The position numbers and the translations under genes are program-made. A DNA stretch of 64,000 nucleotides from Octopus vulgaris (lineage: Eukaryota). Of this stretch, positions 42,131 to 56,473 are shown in pieces (the first letter of the stretch is position 1; the number at the start of each line of letters is the position of its first letter). Below the pieces are notes generated by a model. It worked only from the letters and a program-made list of their open reading frames with translations. It did not search any database and had not been told where the DNA came from. Where the stretch lies: positions 7,626,001 through 7,690,000 of the forward strand of contig OX597837.1 in NCBI GenBank assembly GCA_951406725.2, in the 5' to 3' direction.

Positions 42131-42541
42131 GGGTGTGTATATATATATGTATGTATGTATGTATATGTATCTATGAATGTGTGTATATATATATATATAT
42201 GTATGTATGTATGTATGTATATGTATCTATCAATGTGTGTGTATATATATATGTATGTATGTATGTATATGTATCTATGAATGTGTGTGTATATTTTAAT
42301 CATCTATTTATCTATTTTATTTTCTCTCTCCAAAGCTCTAAAGGGTATCAGAAGATGCACAAAGTGTTATCAGTTTAAACTACGCACAACCACCACCCTC
42401 CACCCTCCCCACCATGTGTAATCTAATTCCCACCACCCCTACCCAGTAATTCTCCAGCCCTACCATCTTTTTCTCTCTATACATATATCGATGCACACAC
42501 ACCCACATTTATGAGTATATATATAATATATACATCTCACA

Positions 42542-42585
<44 letters not shown>

Positions 42586-42782
42586 CGTGCAGGAATGTGT
42601 AAATGAGTAGTTATATACGCGAGTTACAGGCATGGCTGTGCGGTAAAACGCATATTACCTTGACTCAAGCAACACCCACATATGCATACATGTATATATC
42701 TACACATATGTGTACACATATATATATATAGATTTATATATATATACATAGATACATATATCTATACATATATATATGTATA

Positions 42783-42894
<112 letters not shown>

Positions 42895-42914
42895 CATATA
42901 TATATACATGATGA

Positions 42915-42988
<74 letters not shown>

Positions 42989-45900
42989 TTATATATATCT
43001 ATACCTACATATATATACATATTTATATCCCAGAAAAAGGACACACTAGACTAGAAGGTCAGCGGAGTGGTCAATATATATAGACCATCTCTCTCCCTCT
43101 ACCTCTACAAGGCTATCAAAAGGGTTAATAAATACCTGAAATGATTAGGAGAATAAAGGACAGCACCATCTTAAGACATTGGCATGCAGGGCAGTTGCAC
43201 CACCACCCTCCACCCTCCCCACCATGTGTAATCTAATTCACCACTCCTGTGGGTTTATTTATAGACTGATGCCTCTGGACACATCTTATACCCTCCACCC
43301 TGATGTCTGCACACAACTTATTGACATCAAGCCAATTATGATTTATGTATCCTGTTGATTTATGTATCGAATGATGCATCTGGACAGCAAAATGACTTGA
43401 TTGAGGGCACCTCCATGTGACCATTCAATATGCTAGAAATAGCAGCTATAACGGTACAGGCATGGCTGTGCGGTAAAACGCTTGCTTCCCAGCCACATGA
43501 TTCTAGGTTCAGTCCCACTGCATGGCACCTTGGCCAAGTAAATACTATATGCAGGGCTGGATTAAGACCCATAGAGGCCTTAAGCACTTAAAAGGTTTTG
43601 GTGTCCTCAAGTTTATGTAAATGGTTCAAAATGTAAAAAAAAAATAATTCAAAATGAAAATGATAATAAACGATAAAATTAATTTTTATTTTTCAAAATA
43701 AAACAAAATTCACAGTAAGAAGGAAAAATGATGTTTATTTTTATATATATGATAAACGTCGCACTTTTCAAGCCTAGCCAGGCTCATGGGCCCAATTTTC
43801 TGGTTTCTGTGACATATATGTTCCCTTCAGCTGGATGAGCTGCCCCAGCATGGCCACAGTCTGATGACTGAAACAAGAGAAAAAGAAAGATACAGCAAAC
43901 TGACCTGACTGAGTATGCCTGTCCAGTTTGGACATATGATTAGAATGTCATAGGAAATAGCAGTCATATCACTCTCATACCACACTCTACATTCCCAGGA
44001 GAAAAAGGACACACTAGACTAGAAGGTCCATAGAGCGGAGTGGTCAATATTTAGTCCCCTAATGACAGTACCTCTACAAGGCTATCAAAAGGGTTAATAA
44101 ATACCTGAAATGATTAGGAGAATAAAGGACAGCACCATCTTAAGACATTGGCATGCAGGGCAGTTGCACAGGGACATCACGGGTCTAGGGGCCCAATACT
44201 GATTTATGTATCCTGTGGGTTGTATTTATAGACTGATGCCTCTGGACACATCTGTATATACCCCCACCCTGATGTCTGCACACAACTTATTGACATCAAG
44301 CCAATTCAGAAACAGTGGGCAGAAAAAGATGGATGGATCGATGGATGGTAGGGTATACCTTGTAATGCGATTTCATTTTAGGACGCATTTTTACAGACTG
44401 ATGTGCCTGCTATCATTGGATATTTCAGCAGTGAAAGAAACCCCAGATATGGAAGAAGCAATTTAAGGTGGGTACATCAAGCCAATTCTGATTTATGTAT
44501 CTTGTGGCTTGGTATCAATGAGTAAATACTATATGCAGGGCTGGATTAAGACCCATAGAGGCCTTAAGCACTTAAAAGGTTTTGGTGTCCTCAAGTTTAT
44601 GTAAATGGTTCAAAATGAAAAAAAATAATTCAAAATGAAAATGATAATAAACGATAAAATAATTTTTATTTTTCAAAATAAAACAAAATTCACAGTAAGA
44701 AGGAAAAATGATGTTTATTTTTATATATATGATAAACGTCGCACTTTTCAAGCCTAGCCAGGCTCATGGGCCCAGTTTTCTGGTTTCTGTGACATATATG
44801 TTCCCTTCAGCTGGATGGGATGTCAGTCCATCACAGCGTTACTCAAGAAACAGGAAGAGAGAGTGAGAGAAAGTTGTGGTGAAAGAATACAAATGCTGGT
44901 GTGTGTGTGTGTGTGTGTGTGTGGTCGTGGTAGCAGTTGTGGTTGTAATGTTGGAGTTGGCATTGTGGTGAAGATGGTGAAGGTCGTGGTGGAGGTAGCT
45001 GGACCATCCAGCAGGAGACCTAGGAGTTTGACCAAGCATTAGATGGTGGGATGGTGTCCATAGAGTCAGTTGGTCACACTTTGGGAGTCCATCTGGAAAG
45101 CGTAATGACAGTCACCTCTGACAGGACCCTACAAAGGAGGTCCCTGAGTACTCTACCCCTGACAACCCTTCCAGAAACAGTAAGCAGTAAAAGACTGTAT
45201 GTGTGGAATGGCATCAGTGAAACCCCAGATTTGGAAGAAGCAGTTTAAGGTGGGTATCAACGACCCTTCCACAAACACTGAAAACAAAAAGATGGCTGAG
45301 TATACCTTGTAATACGATTTTGTTTTAGGTTGTATTTTTATAGACTGTATGTGTGGAACGGCAGCTGTGAAACCCCCGATATGGAAACGGTAATTTAAGG
45401 TGGGTATCAACGACCCTTTCAGAAACAGTGGGCAGAAAAAGATGGATGGATCGATGGATGGTAGGGTATACCTTGTAATGCGATTTCATTTTAGGACGCA
45501 TTTTTACAGACTGTATGTGTGGAACGGCAGCAGTGAAAGAAACCCCAGATATGGAAGAAGCAATTTAAGGTGGGTATCACCTGAGTTTTTTGTTTACAGC
45601 GGGTGTATAACTGTTGGCGGGGAATGGAATGGGGGTGGGGGGTATGAAGTAATTTTCTGGCACCGAAGAAGAGAAAGGCCAGTTTTCCTAAAGTAGTCTA
45701 TGAAATGCCAGTGTTGATGGTGGTGATGATGACGATGGTTGTGGTGGTGGTGGTGGTGGCGGTGATGATGGTTGATTAATATGACGTTTGCTATCTTCAA
45801 ATATTTCTACTTCATGATATTTTCGGTGCTGGAAAATAGTTTGCCAGTTTATAAAGATGGCAGATGGTGATAATGTCGGCAGTGGGGGTTTGGTGGTGAT

Positions 45901-46492
45901 GGTGGTGGTGGTGGTGGTGGTACTGGTGGTGGTGGTTGTCTTCGCTGTTGTCATGGTGACGGTGGTCGTTGTCGTCGTTAGCATGGAGGTAATAGTGGTT
46001 AGCGTGGCGGTGGTGAAGCTGATAGTAGTTAGTGTGGTGGTGAAGCTGATAGTTGTGGTGGTAGTTAGCATGGTAGTTATCATGATGGTGGTGGCTGTGG
46101 TAATAGTGGTGGTTGTGGTAATAATGGTGGTCGTGGTAGCAGTTGTGGTTGTAATGTTGGAGTTGGCATTGTGGTGAAGATGGTGAAGGTCGTGGTGGAG
46201 GTAGCGGTGGTGGTGATGGCTGAAGGAAGCATGGCAACATAGTTAAGAAGCTTCGCCATGCAACCACCTTGTTTCTTGGTTTCAGGTTCAGTCTCACCGT
46301 GCAGTACCTAGGGCAAGTGTCTTCTGCTATAGCCCTGAGTCAACCAATGTCCTGTGAATGAATTTGGTAGATGGAAACTGCGAGGAAGTTCATCATATAC
46401 TCTGTGTGTGTGTGTGTGTGTGTGTGCATGTTCTGGTGTCCATTTTCAACCAAACCCCTTTAATACAGTTCTGTATTCAAGAGATGAGGAAT

Positions 46493-46710
46493 TATTTACA
46501 TTTGATGGATATTTGTCCTCATTTTGTTTGTTGTTAAGACAATATTTTGGCTGATATACACTCCAGCCTTCATCATCAAGTGTCTTGGAAAAATTTCGAA
46601 TCTGGGTTCTCATTTCCCAGGACAAAAGATGAGGACACAAATATCCATCAAATGTAACAACAAGATGAGGACAAACAAGATGAGGACAAATATCCATCAA
46701 ATGTAAATAA
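46493..46710. mobile_element. Penelope-like inverted pseudo-LTR fragments with a decayed hammerhead (46537-46585, minus strand)
   Basis: IR TTATTTACATTTGATGGATATTTGTCCTCAT / ATGAGGACAAATATCCATCAAATGTAAATAA; minus strand ac-TTGATGATGA-aggctg..cagcc-AAAA-taTT-gt. Confidence 0.6.
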
Positions 46711-48394
46711 TGTATAAACCTCTGTAATGCAGAGCCCCAGCATGGCCAGAGCTCAATGACTCAGAACAAACAGAAAATAAAAGACTGTATCTAGGTAACG
46801 GTATGTCTCTTGGCTTTAGAATTTATCCACCACTTGGAAAGACATGGCAAGCCAAGTAAAAAATCATGGCGTCCTGACATCCAGGCACGTCCCCTGTGTC
46901 CCCCTTTGGCAGAGCGATTTTCATCTTGCAGGCTCATGGGTGCTGATGCCTTGTAGAAAAGAGCCCGTGCCAGGGACATGTGAAAGCACCTGTGTTAAAA
47001 AAGGCAGTGAGTGCACTCTGTGAAGTGGTCGGCATTAGGAAAGGCTTCCAGCCGTAGAAACCTTGCCAAAGCCGGCATGGAACCTGGTCAGCTCTTCAGG
47101 TGGTCAGCTCCTGTCAAATCATCCGACCCATGCCAGTATGGAAAATAAACATATGATGATGATGATGACACCAAATACCTGTGTGTTGTAAGAAGTGGAC
47201 TAAAAGGGTTCTGGTTGGTGCCACGAAGAACACGCAGCCACAAAAGATAGCCATTAATAACACTGGGATGCAGTACTGAATATATCTTCAGAAGTGGGCG
47301 TGGCTGTGTGGTAAGAAGTTTTACTTCCCATCTGCATGGTTCCAGGTTCAGCCCTACCGTGTGGCACTTTGGGCAAGTGTCTTCTTCTCTATAGCCCCGG
47401 GTCAACCAAAGGCTTGCAAGTGAATTCAGTAGATGAAAACTGAAAGAAGCCTGTCGTATGAGTGTGCATGTGTGTTTGGTGTTGGTATGTTTACACCCCT
47501 GTAACTTAGTGTCATCATCATCATCGCCATCATTGTCAGCATCATCATCGCAATCACCATCAGCATCACCATCATCATCACAATCCCAATCATCATCACC
47601 ACCATCACCACCATCATCACCATCATCATCACCATCACCATCATCACCACCATCATCATTATCATCACCACGATCATCATCACCACCATCATCATAATCA
47701 ACACCATCATCATCATCATCACAATCCCCATCATCATCACCATCATCACTACCACCATCATCATCATCATCATCATCACCATCATCATCACTATCATCAT
47801 TATTAAAAGAGACCAATAGAATAAGAACCAGGCTTTAAAATCTAAGTCCTGGGGTTGATTCGCTCGACTAAAAGATTCTTTAAGGTGGTGCCCCAGCATG
47901 GCCACACCATAATCATTGAAAAAAATAAATGAGAAAAGCTAAACGAAAATAATCACAGGTTCTCCAAAGCTGACCCCCAAATTTAGCAAGAGTAAAAAGA
48001 CCTTTAAACGCTTGAGATAAGTTTACCAAGGACTACATTAACCAACGTGTGTGTGTGTTTTAATCAAAAAAGTTAAGGGTGTGAGCTGATGAGAGATTTG
48101 GCAGCTATTGTTTCCGGCAGATCAAGAAACGTCATGACGGTACCTCAATTGGCAACGGGAGTACTTTTGCAGGGAGGGTGAGATAAAAATGGCACATTAA
48201 TTTGTTATCAAACGCTGGTTTAGGATAAATGGCAGAGTCTACCTCAGCGGGGTATTTCACTCAGCAGTCAACCGTTAGTAGAACAACAACAATAATAATA
48301 GTACGAGGGGGAGGGGAACAGAAGGTGTATTAACAGAATACAAGTATACAAATGTTTATATATATATGTGTGTGTGTGTATGTGTGCGTATCTA

Positions 48395-48446
<52 letters not shown>

Positions 48447-48452
48447 CATATC

Positions 48453-48492
<40 letters not shown>

Positions 48493-48802
48493 TGTGTGTG
48501 TATACATATATATATGTATATACATATATATATATATGCATATATATTTATATATTTTTACATATATATATATATATATATACATGTACATAGATAGATA
48601 TATTTATGCATATATATTTATATATTTTTACATATATATATATATATACATATATATATACACATATATACATATATATATATACACATATTTATACATA
48701 CATATATATATATATATATAATATGTATGTTTTAAATATATATATATATGTACACACACATATGCATGTATATACATGCACATATACTATGTACACACAC
48801 AA

Positions 48803-48891
<89 letters not shown>

Positions 48892-49537
48892 AAGGCGGTG
48901 ATGCAATCTGTTTTAATGAAAAAAAACCCCCTCAAACATACAAAAAATAAGACAAGGGTGGAAAAAAAACCCCAAAACTTTTAAATGTTTACAGCAGGAA
49001 TCCTTTCCCAGACTTTAGGAAGACTAGGTGGGGTAAGGTGTTGGATAACAGTGCCGGTAGAATGGTTAGCAGAAACTGCAGTGCTTAATAGCACCAAACC
49101 GAAATTTAGAGCTTCAATTATGTCATTGAAGAATTTAATACCCCAGCAAGGTTTGAAATTCTGTCTAAACACTCCCAAAATCAGCGCCACTAGCAGAACT
49201 AACAACACTGGAAATAGAGAGGAAGAAGCAGAGTACCAAAAATTTATTTGGTAAATTGGGCGTGTAGATGTATAATTATACATGTGTGTGTGTATATATA
49301 TGCACTCATTTATACAGACACCACGCGTATACATGTCTGAGTATATAAATGTATGTGTGTATATGCATATATATATATAATATACATATATGTACACATA
49401 TATATATATAATATACATATATGTACACATATATATATATAATATACATATATGTACACATATATATATATATATATATCATCATCATCGTTTAGCGTCC
49501 GTTTTATATGTATACATATATGTATATATATATATAT

Positions 49538-49609
<72 letters not shown>

Positions 49610-50054
49610 TAATATACATATACATATATATATATACATATAATATACACACACACATATATATATATATAATGTACACACACACACACACATATATATA
49701 CATATATGTATACATATATGTATGTGTATACATATACATATATGTATGTGTGTATATAAACGATGATGATGATGATGATATTAGAAGAAATGAGGTACTC
49801 AGAAATCTGGATGGTTTCTTTTGTTTTTCTGCCACTGGAACGTTGGTGAACAAGCTTTCAACATTAGTTTCTTCTAAAAAACCTTTAGAAATTCTTCAGA
49901 TTCTTCAATTTTAGGTGTATTTAGAGATCACAGTTTCAGTACTACAGATATGTGATTAGAATGTTGTAGAACAGAATTGTATGATGGATTCTTCAAACTG
50001 AGCCAAATGGCAGGAAACTTAGAAGCATGTGTGTGTGTGTGTGTGTGTGTATAC

Positions 50055-50470
50055 TCTTTACTCTTTTTACTCTTTTACTTGTTTCAGTCATTTGACTGCG
50101 GCCATGCTGGAGCACCGCCTTTAATCGAGCAACTCGACCCCAGGACTTATTCCTTTGTAAGCCCAGTACTTATTCTATCGGTCTCTTTTGCCGAACCGCT
50201 AAGTGACGGGGGCATAAACACCAGCATCGGTTGTCAAGCAATGCTAGGGGGACAAGCACAAACACACAAACATATACACACACACACATATATATAGACA
50301 TATATACGACAGGCTTCTTTCAGTTTCCGTCTACCAAATCCACTCGCAAGGCTTTGGTTGGCCCGAGGCTATAGTAGAAGACACTTGCCCAAGGTGCCAC
50401 GCACTGGGACTGAACCCGGAACCATGTGGTTGGTAAGCAAGCTACTTACCACACAGCCACTCCTGCGCCT
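50055..50470 (-). mobile_element. Full-length SINE family 1; other near-complete copies at 32315-32665(+), 36915-37270(-), 47297-47935(+), 54985-55400(+), 55905-56315(-) and 58765-59195(+)
   Basis: tRNA-like head, CORE-like TGGCACCTTGGGCAAGTGTCTT, central microsatellite and (GTAAAAGA)n tail. Confidence 0.9.
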
Positions 50471-50992
50471 GTGTATATATACACTCTTTTACTTTTTTTT
50501 ACTGTGTTTGAAGGCGGTGCTCCAGTATGACCGCAGTCAAATGACTGAAACAAGTAAAAGAGTAAAAGAATAAAAAAGAGCAGTCTTTATCCCATTTGCT
50601 CAAGAACACCTTAGGCAAGTGTCTTCACTGCAGCCCTTGTGCTAACCTGTGTCTTGCGAGTGAAACTGATAAACAAAAATAATACAGAACCATCATCACC
50701 ATCATTATCATTATCATCCTCATCAGTTTTCCATGCTGGCATGGGTTGGATGCCTTGGCAGGAAGTGGCCAGCTGGAGCACTACATCAGGCTCTGATTTC
50801 CATTTTGATATAGTTTCTACAGCTTGATGCCCTTCCTGACACAAACCACTTTACAGAGTGTACTGGGTAATTTTTTTTTAGATGGCATCAGCACCAGCGC
50901 TGATGCCAGATGCCTCTAACATGACACCAGCACAGGTACTTTTTATGTAGCACCAGCATGGGTGCTTTCTACACGGCACCGGCACAGGTGTT

Positions 50993-51310
50993 TTTTATGT
51001 GGCACCAGCATGGTACTTCCTAAGTGGCACCGGCATGTGCACTTTTTATGTGACACCAGTATGGTACTTCCTAAGTGGCACCGGCATGTGCACTTTTTAT
51101 GTGACACCAGTATGGTACTTCCTAAGTGGCACCGGCATGTGCACTTTTTATGTGACACCAGTATGGTACTTCCTAAGTGGCCCCTGCATGTGCACTTTTT
51201 ATGTGACACCAGCATGGTACTTCCTAAGTGGCCCCTGCATGTGCACTTTTTATGTGACACCAGTATGGTACTTCCTAAGTGGCATCGGCATGTGCACTTT
51301 TTATATATGG
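50993..51310. repeat. 51-bp minisatellite (about 6 copies) within an RTE 3'UTR
   Basis: Unit TTTTTATGTGACACCAGTATGGTACTTCCTAAGTGGCACCGGCATGTGCAC; gives the 17-aa repeats in the ORF track. Confidence 0.9.
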
Positions 51311-52640
51311 CACCAGAATCAGTGCTTTTTACATGGCAGCAGCAATGTGTTTGTATATGTGTCCATGCACATGTTTGTGTATGTACATATGTGCATACAT
51401 GTCGACTGTTTTCTGTGCATGACATCCTCGTTAGTGATATGGGGTTACCAGATTTGTGTCCCCTGTCTACAGTACATGCTGTAGTTTAGTGGTTGCTGAC
51501 ATATAAACTTCAATGGAATAAAGATTACTTGACAATGAAAACAAGTAAAGGCTGGTGACGTGGAAGGCATCCATCTGCAGAATTCTGCCTCTAAGAGTTT
51601 TGTCCCACTTTTGCCAACAAACGGAAAAGCAGCCATAAAAACAATATGGCGATTGTACGTGTATACGCATGTGTATATATGTGTGTGTGTATGTATGTAT
51701 GTATGTGTGTGTATGTATGTATGTGTGTATGTATGTATGTATGTATGTATGTGTGTATGTATGTGTGTATGTGTGTATGTATGTATGTATGTATGTATTA
51801 TGTGTGTGTGTATGTATGTATGCGTGTATGAATGTATGTGTGTATATATGTATGTGTGTGTATGTATGTATATATATGTATCTGTATATATAAATGTGTA
51901 TGTATGCATCTGTGTATATATGTATGTATGTATATATGTGTATGTATGTACAAGCCTATGTATGTATCTGTGTGTATATATGTATATGTATGTATATATG
52001 TGTGTGTGTACATATGTGCATGTGTATGTATCTATGTGCGTATGTGCATATGCATTTGTATGTGTGTGTGTACATATGCATATTTGTGTATGTATGTGTG
52101 TGAATGCATATGCGTATGCATATGTGTATATACCTACTGTCTATGTGTATGTTTGTATGTGTATGTATATATATATATATAAAGATGAGTGTGTATGCAT
52201 GTGTGAGTGTACATATGTGTATGTATACATACTATATATGTATATGTTTGCATGTATATATATACATGTGTGTGTGTGTATATTCATATATGTATGTGTG
52301 TGTGTTTGGTTGTGTCTACACGTGATCTTTTGTTTTACTCATTACAGCAAAGAATCAAATATTTACCTACCCGCCATCACCACCATATATGCATGCATAT
52401 GCACAACAACATACACGCTCACTCATGTGTTTACACACTTATATAGACACACAGACACACACACACACACACATTCAATATTCCTTTTTTTTTTCTTTTT
52501 ACAGCTTCTGCCTTTTTTTTTGCTTTCTGTCTCTAAATCCAGAATCATGGCACCAACTTTTGTTTGTATTAACTGCTGAACTGTGTGTATATATGTATGT
52601 ATGTATATATATATATATATATACATACATACATATATAC

Positions 52641-52690
<50 letters not shown>

Positions 52691-52902
52691 AAGGCCTTTT
52701 GTATACATTTAACTACTGAACTGTATATGTTTGTGTATGCATATGTTTTATGTTAACTTCTCAGCTCTTTAAACATATATATGTGTGTGAGTGTATGTAT
52801 GTATGTAAGTGTATATATCGATGTGTATATATGTATAATACATACACACACACACACATATATATATATATAAATGTAAATCTATAGCATACATATTATA
52901 TA

Positions 52903-52945
<43 letters not shown>

Positions 52946-53307
52946 GTACATATACCTGTATAATGAATATATAAGTAAGGTGTGTGTATGTATACATCCT
53001 TATATACACACACAGATTAAGAGACAAAGAACCTTAAATTCTAAACCATCAACAATTCTTCCTGTTATCTGTTGTTAATTCTGTTGGTTTTTTTGTTATC
53101 TTGTCATTCTGCTACCGTTATTTTGTGACTTCAGTGTAAACCTGCATCTAACTACATCAGCATGCTGCCTTTTACACACATATACACGCATGTATCTCTC
53201 TATATATATATATATGTGCTGTGTGTGTGTGTGATGTATAAAGTTGATATATATGAAAAAACAAGTCAGGATAGAAAATGCTAAAATAATTTTAAAAAAC
53301 AGCATTT

Positions 53308-53344
53308 CAGTACCGGTTTCAGTCATTTGAGACCTTTTCAACTG
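53308..53344 (-). ncRNA. Hammerhead ribozyme motif, U3-A8 core variant (left arm of an inverted repeat)
   Basis: Minus strand: cag-TTGAAAA-ggtc tcaaat gact-GAAA-ccgg-TA-ctg. Confidence 0.65.
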
Positions 53345-53521
53345 TAACGATTAAATAATTAAATTTAGAAAAATTAAAAGAAAAGTTTTTTTAAAAAGAA
53401 TATTTGTATAGTGTTCAAATTGAAGTGGCATTTTCCTTGTTTCTGCCTTTCTCTGTCTCTCTTCTTTACAGTTGTGGGTTCGAGGTCATTGTGAATTCTT
53501 GTTAGGGAATCTTAATTGTTA

Positions 53522-53557
53522 CAGTTGAAAAAGTCTCAATGACTGAAACCGGTACTG
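53522..53557 (+). ncRNA. Hammerhead ribozyme motif, U3-A8 core variant (right arm)
   Basis: cag-TTGAAAA-agtc tcaat gact-GAAA-ccgg-TA-ctg; arms 53247-53354 and 53512-53618 are inverted copies. Confidence 0.65.
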
Positions 53558-53839
53558 AAATGCTCTTTTTTAAAATTATTTTAGCATTTTCTATCCTGAC
53601 TTGTTTTTTCATATATATATATATATATGAATAAATAAAAAGGGGTTTGTATGATTGTGTATAGAGGGATGTATATTCTTCAAAGAACTTCCAACTCTGT
53701 TTTTTATGTTTTATTTATATTCTTTATAATATTAATGTAGAATATAGAATATGTAGTATAAATAGTATATATATAGTAAAATGAAATGAAGTATTGATTG
53801 TCTTATTGAATACATGAAATATTGAATATAAAATATTAA

Positions 53840-53883
53840 GGGACTAGTATACTTTCTTGCATTAAAGCAGTCATCAAGGTCCC
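53840..53883 (-). ncRNA. Hammerhead ribozyme motif with one extra core nucleotide
   Basis: Minus strand: gggac-cTTGATGA-ctgc tttaat gcaa-GAAA-gtatac-TA-gtccc; perfect 5-bp stem I; palindromic stem III AGTATACT. Confidence 0.65.
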
Positions 53884-53905
53884 AGGTTGTGACAGGAGTG
53901 TTTCA

Positions 53906-53978
<73 letters not shown>

Positions 53979-55457
53979 GAAAAAGAAAATGACTGACTTC
54001 ATGATGGTTCTAATCAGATTTATTATTTCTGAGTTTGTTAGTAATATAAATTTTACACTTTAGTTAGTAGATGTAGTAAGTAATTTGTTAACTTGGGTCG
54101 GGAGATTTTTAATAACAAATACAGATACACAAACATATATGCACACATACATATATATATACATATACCTGTTATATCAATTATGCATTGATATAAGTTG
54201 TTCAATAAAGCCCGAAACATATGTACCACAAAATCCTTTGCATTCTGTTTTTCTTTGATACATATATATATATATACATATATACGACAGGCTTCTTTCA
54301 GTTTCCGTCTACCAAATCCACTCACAAGGGTTTGGTTGACCCGAGGCTATAGTAGAAGACACTTGCCCAAGGTGCCACACAGTGGGACTGAACCCGGAAC
54401 CATGCGGTTGTTAAGCAAGCTACTTACCACACAGCCACTCCTGCATCTATGTTGACCCATTCAGCTTTTTTTATAACATTCAGTTAAATCCGTACATTTC
54501 AGCCATTGCTACATTCACAAACTAATTAAACATATTTAAATTTATCAACTTCATTGAACAGTCATAAACTGCTGTCATCGAAATAGGACTTCACCATGGA
54601 CAGAAAGAGAGGGATCAATTTGTCCACGTACTTTACAATATGTTAACACTCACTTTAACAACCAACTTTTTCCTTTACTCTCAGCTCACCATTTGTATCT
54701 AATTGAATTTTAAGCCACTTTTATCACACACTTTATTAAACCAAGGCAGATTAAATTGAACATTTCGACACATTTCCAGCAGTTTAGTTAATTTACAGAA
54801 ATTGATTGAGCTAATCCCTGTTTTCCTGTCCGCAATGAAATTACAATAAACTCGACAGCAGTTTATTACGATGGGCCAATGTAGCTAACAAATTTAATTA
54901 AGTTTATAAACGAAGATATGAAGCAATGACTAAAATCTATGGCTTTACTGGACAGAACGGTTAAGAAGGAAAATAACAAACACTGCAAGGAGTGGCTGTG
55001 TGGTAAGTAGCTTGCTAACCAACCACATGGTTCCAGGTTCAGTCCCACTGCATGGCATCTTGGGCAAGTGTCTTCTGCTACAGCCCCGGGCCGACCAATG
55101 CCTTGTGAGTGGATTTGGTAGACGGAAACTGAAAGAAGCCTGTCGTATATGTGTATATATATGTATATATATTTGTATGTGTGTGTTTGTGTGTCTGTGT
55201 TTGTACCCCTAGCATTGCTTGACAACCGATGCTGGTGTGTTTACGTCCCCGTCAGCAGTTCGGCAAAAAGAGACCGATAGAATAAGTACTGGGCTTACAA
55301 AGAATAAGTCCCGGGGTTGATTTGTTCGACTAAAGGCGGTGCTCCAGCATGGCCGCAGTCAAATGACTGAAACAAGTAAAAGAGTAAAGAGTAAAAGAGT
55401 AATTATGTCACTAAATGATATAAGAATGTGTGTGCACAGACAGACATATATACATAT

Positions 55458-55746
55458 TACGGAGATGTACTTGCATAGCAAGTGACCTGATCTGAGATCG
55501 TGCGCTGGAACGAAAATAATTGCAGCGTGGAAGGTGTTTATAAGCCATTTAAGAAACACACAAAAACTGTTAGATCTTACTTCAACATCTCGTGATGCAG
55601 CACTAAGTTTTATCAGTGAACAGGTCCGCGAACTCAAAGGGATGAAAATATTTTGACAAATTAAATTTAAATGTTGAAGTGAATCTAACGGTTTTTGTGT
55701 GTTTCTTAAATGGCTTATAAACACCTTCCACGCTGCAATTGTTTTC
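55458..55746. mobile_element. Foldback MITE fragment
   Basis: Inverted arms 55512-55588 and 55671-55746 (GAAAATAATTGCAGCGTGGAAGGTG / CACCTTCCACGCTGCAATTGTTTTC). Confidence 0.75.
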
Positions 55747-55754
55747 ATATATAC

Positions 55755-55893
55755 ATAATTAAATGCCTAGCTGTCAATCTGGATAAGCTTGGATTTTCAG
55801 AAAAAGAAATCAACCAACTGGTTTACAAATTACAAATACAAATTGTAAGAGGAACAGTAATACTATGCAAGACTTTCCTAAGGTTTAAAATGT
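55755..55893 (+). mobile_element. C-terminal end of an RLE-type LINE ORF
   Basis: IIKCLAVNLDKLGFSEKEINQLVYKLQIQIVRGTVILCKTFLRFKM resembles the terminal helix (LQ....GTVKI.KTF) of R4/NeSL-group ORFs. Confidence 0.55.
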
Positions 55894-56473
55894 GGCATTG
55901 TTTTCATTACTCTTTTACTTGTTTCGGTCATTTGACTGTGGCCATGCTGGAGCACCGCCTTTAGTCGAGCAACTCGACCCCAGGACTTATTCCTTGTAAT
56001 CCTAGTACTAATTCTATCGGTCTCTTTTGCCGAACCGCTAAGTTACGGGGACGTAAACACACCAGCATCGGTTGTCAAGCAATGTAGGGGGGGACAAACA
56101 CACACACACAAACACACAAATACACACACGCATATATATATATATACATATATACGACGGGCTTCTTTCAGTTTCCATCTACCAAATCCACTCACAAGGC
56201 TTTTGTTGGCCTGAGGCTATAGTAGAAGACACTTGTCCAAGGTGCCACACAATGGGACTGAACCTGGAACCATGTGGTTGGCAAGCAAGCTACTTACCAC
56301 ATAGCCATTCCTACACCTATATATATATATATATATATGAGAAAAAAATAAGTTCAAGTAGAACATGTGAAACTTTTTGAGGAGTCCAAAAAGAGAGAAA
56401 ATAATTTCTAATAAAAATTCATCATATTCAGAGATATCCTGCTAGAGGAAGCAGTAAGAATATGAAAATAACA

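Noticed and set aside
45030-45190. Possible Rex/L2-like ORF2 tail (VGHTLGVHLESVMTV)
   Set aside because: The similarity is too weak to support by eye, and it lies in the scrambled region.
50993-51310. Regular 51-bp array as a CRISPR array or Cys/His repeat protein
   Set aside because: Units are contiguous and nearly identical, with no unique spacers and no cas genes; it lies inside an RTE 3'UTR.
54455-54980. Possible decayed LINE coding sequence on the minus strand
   Set aside because: Many stops in the minus-strand frames I read and no diagnostic motif.
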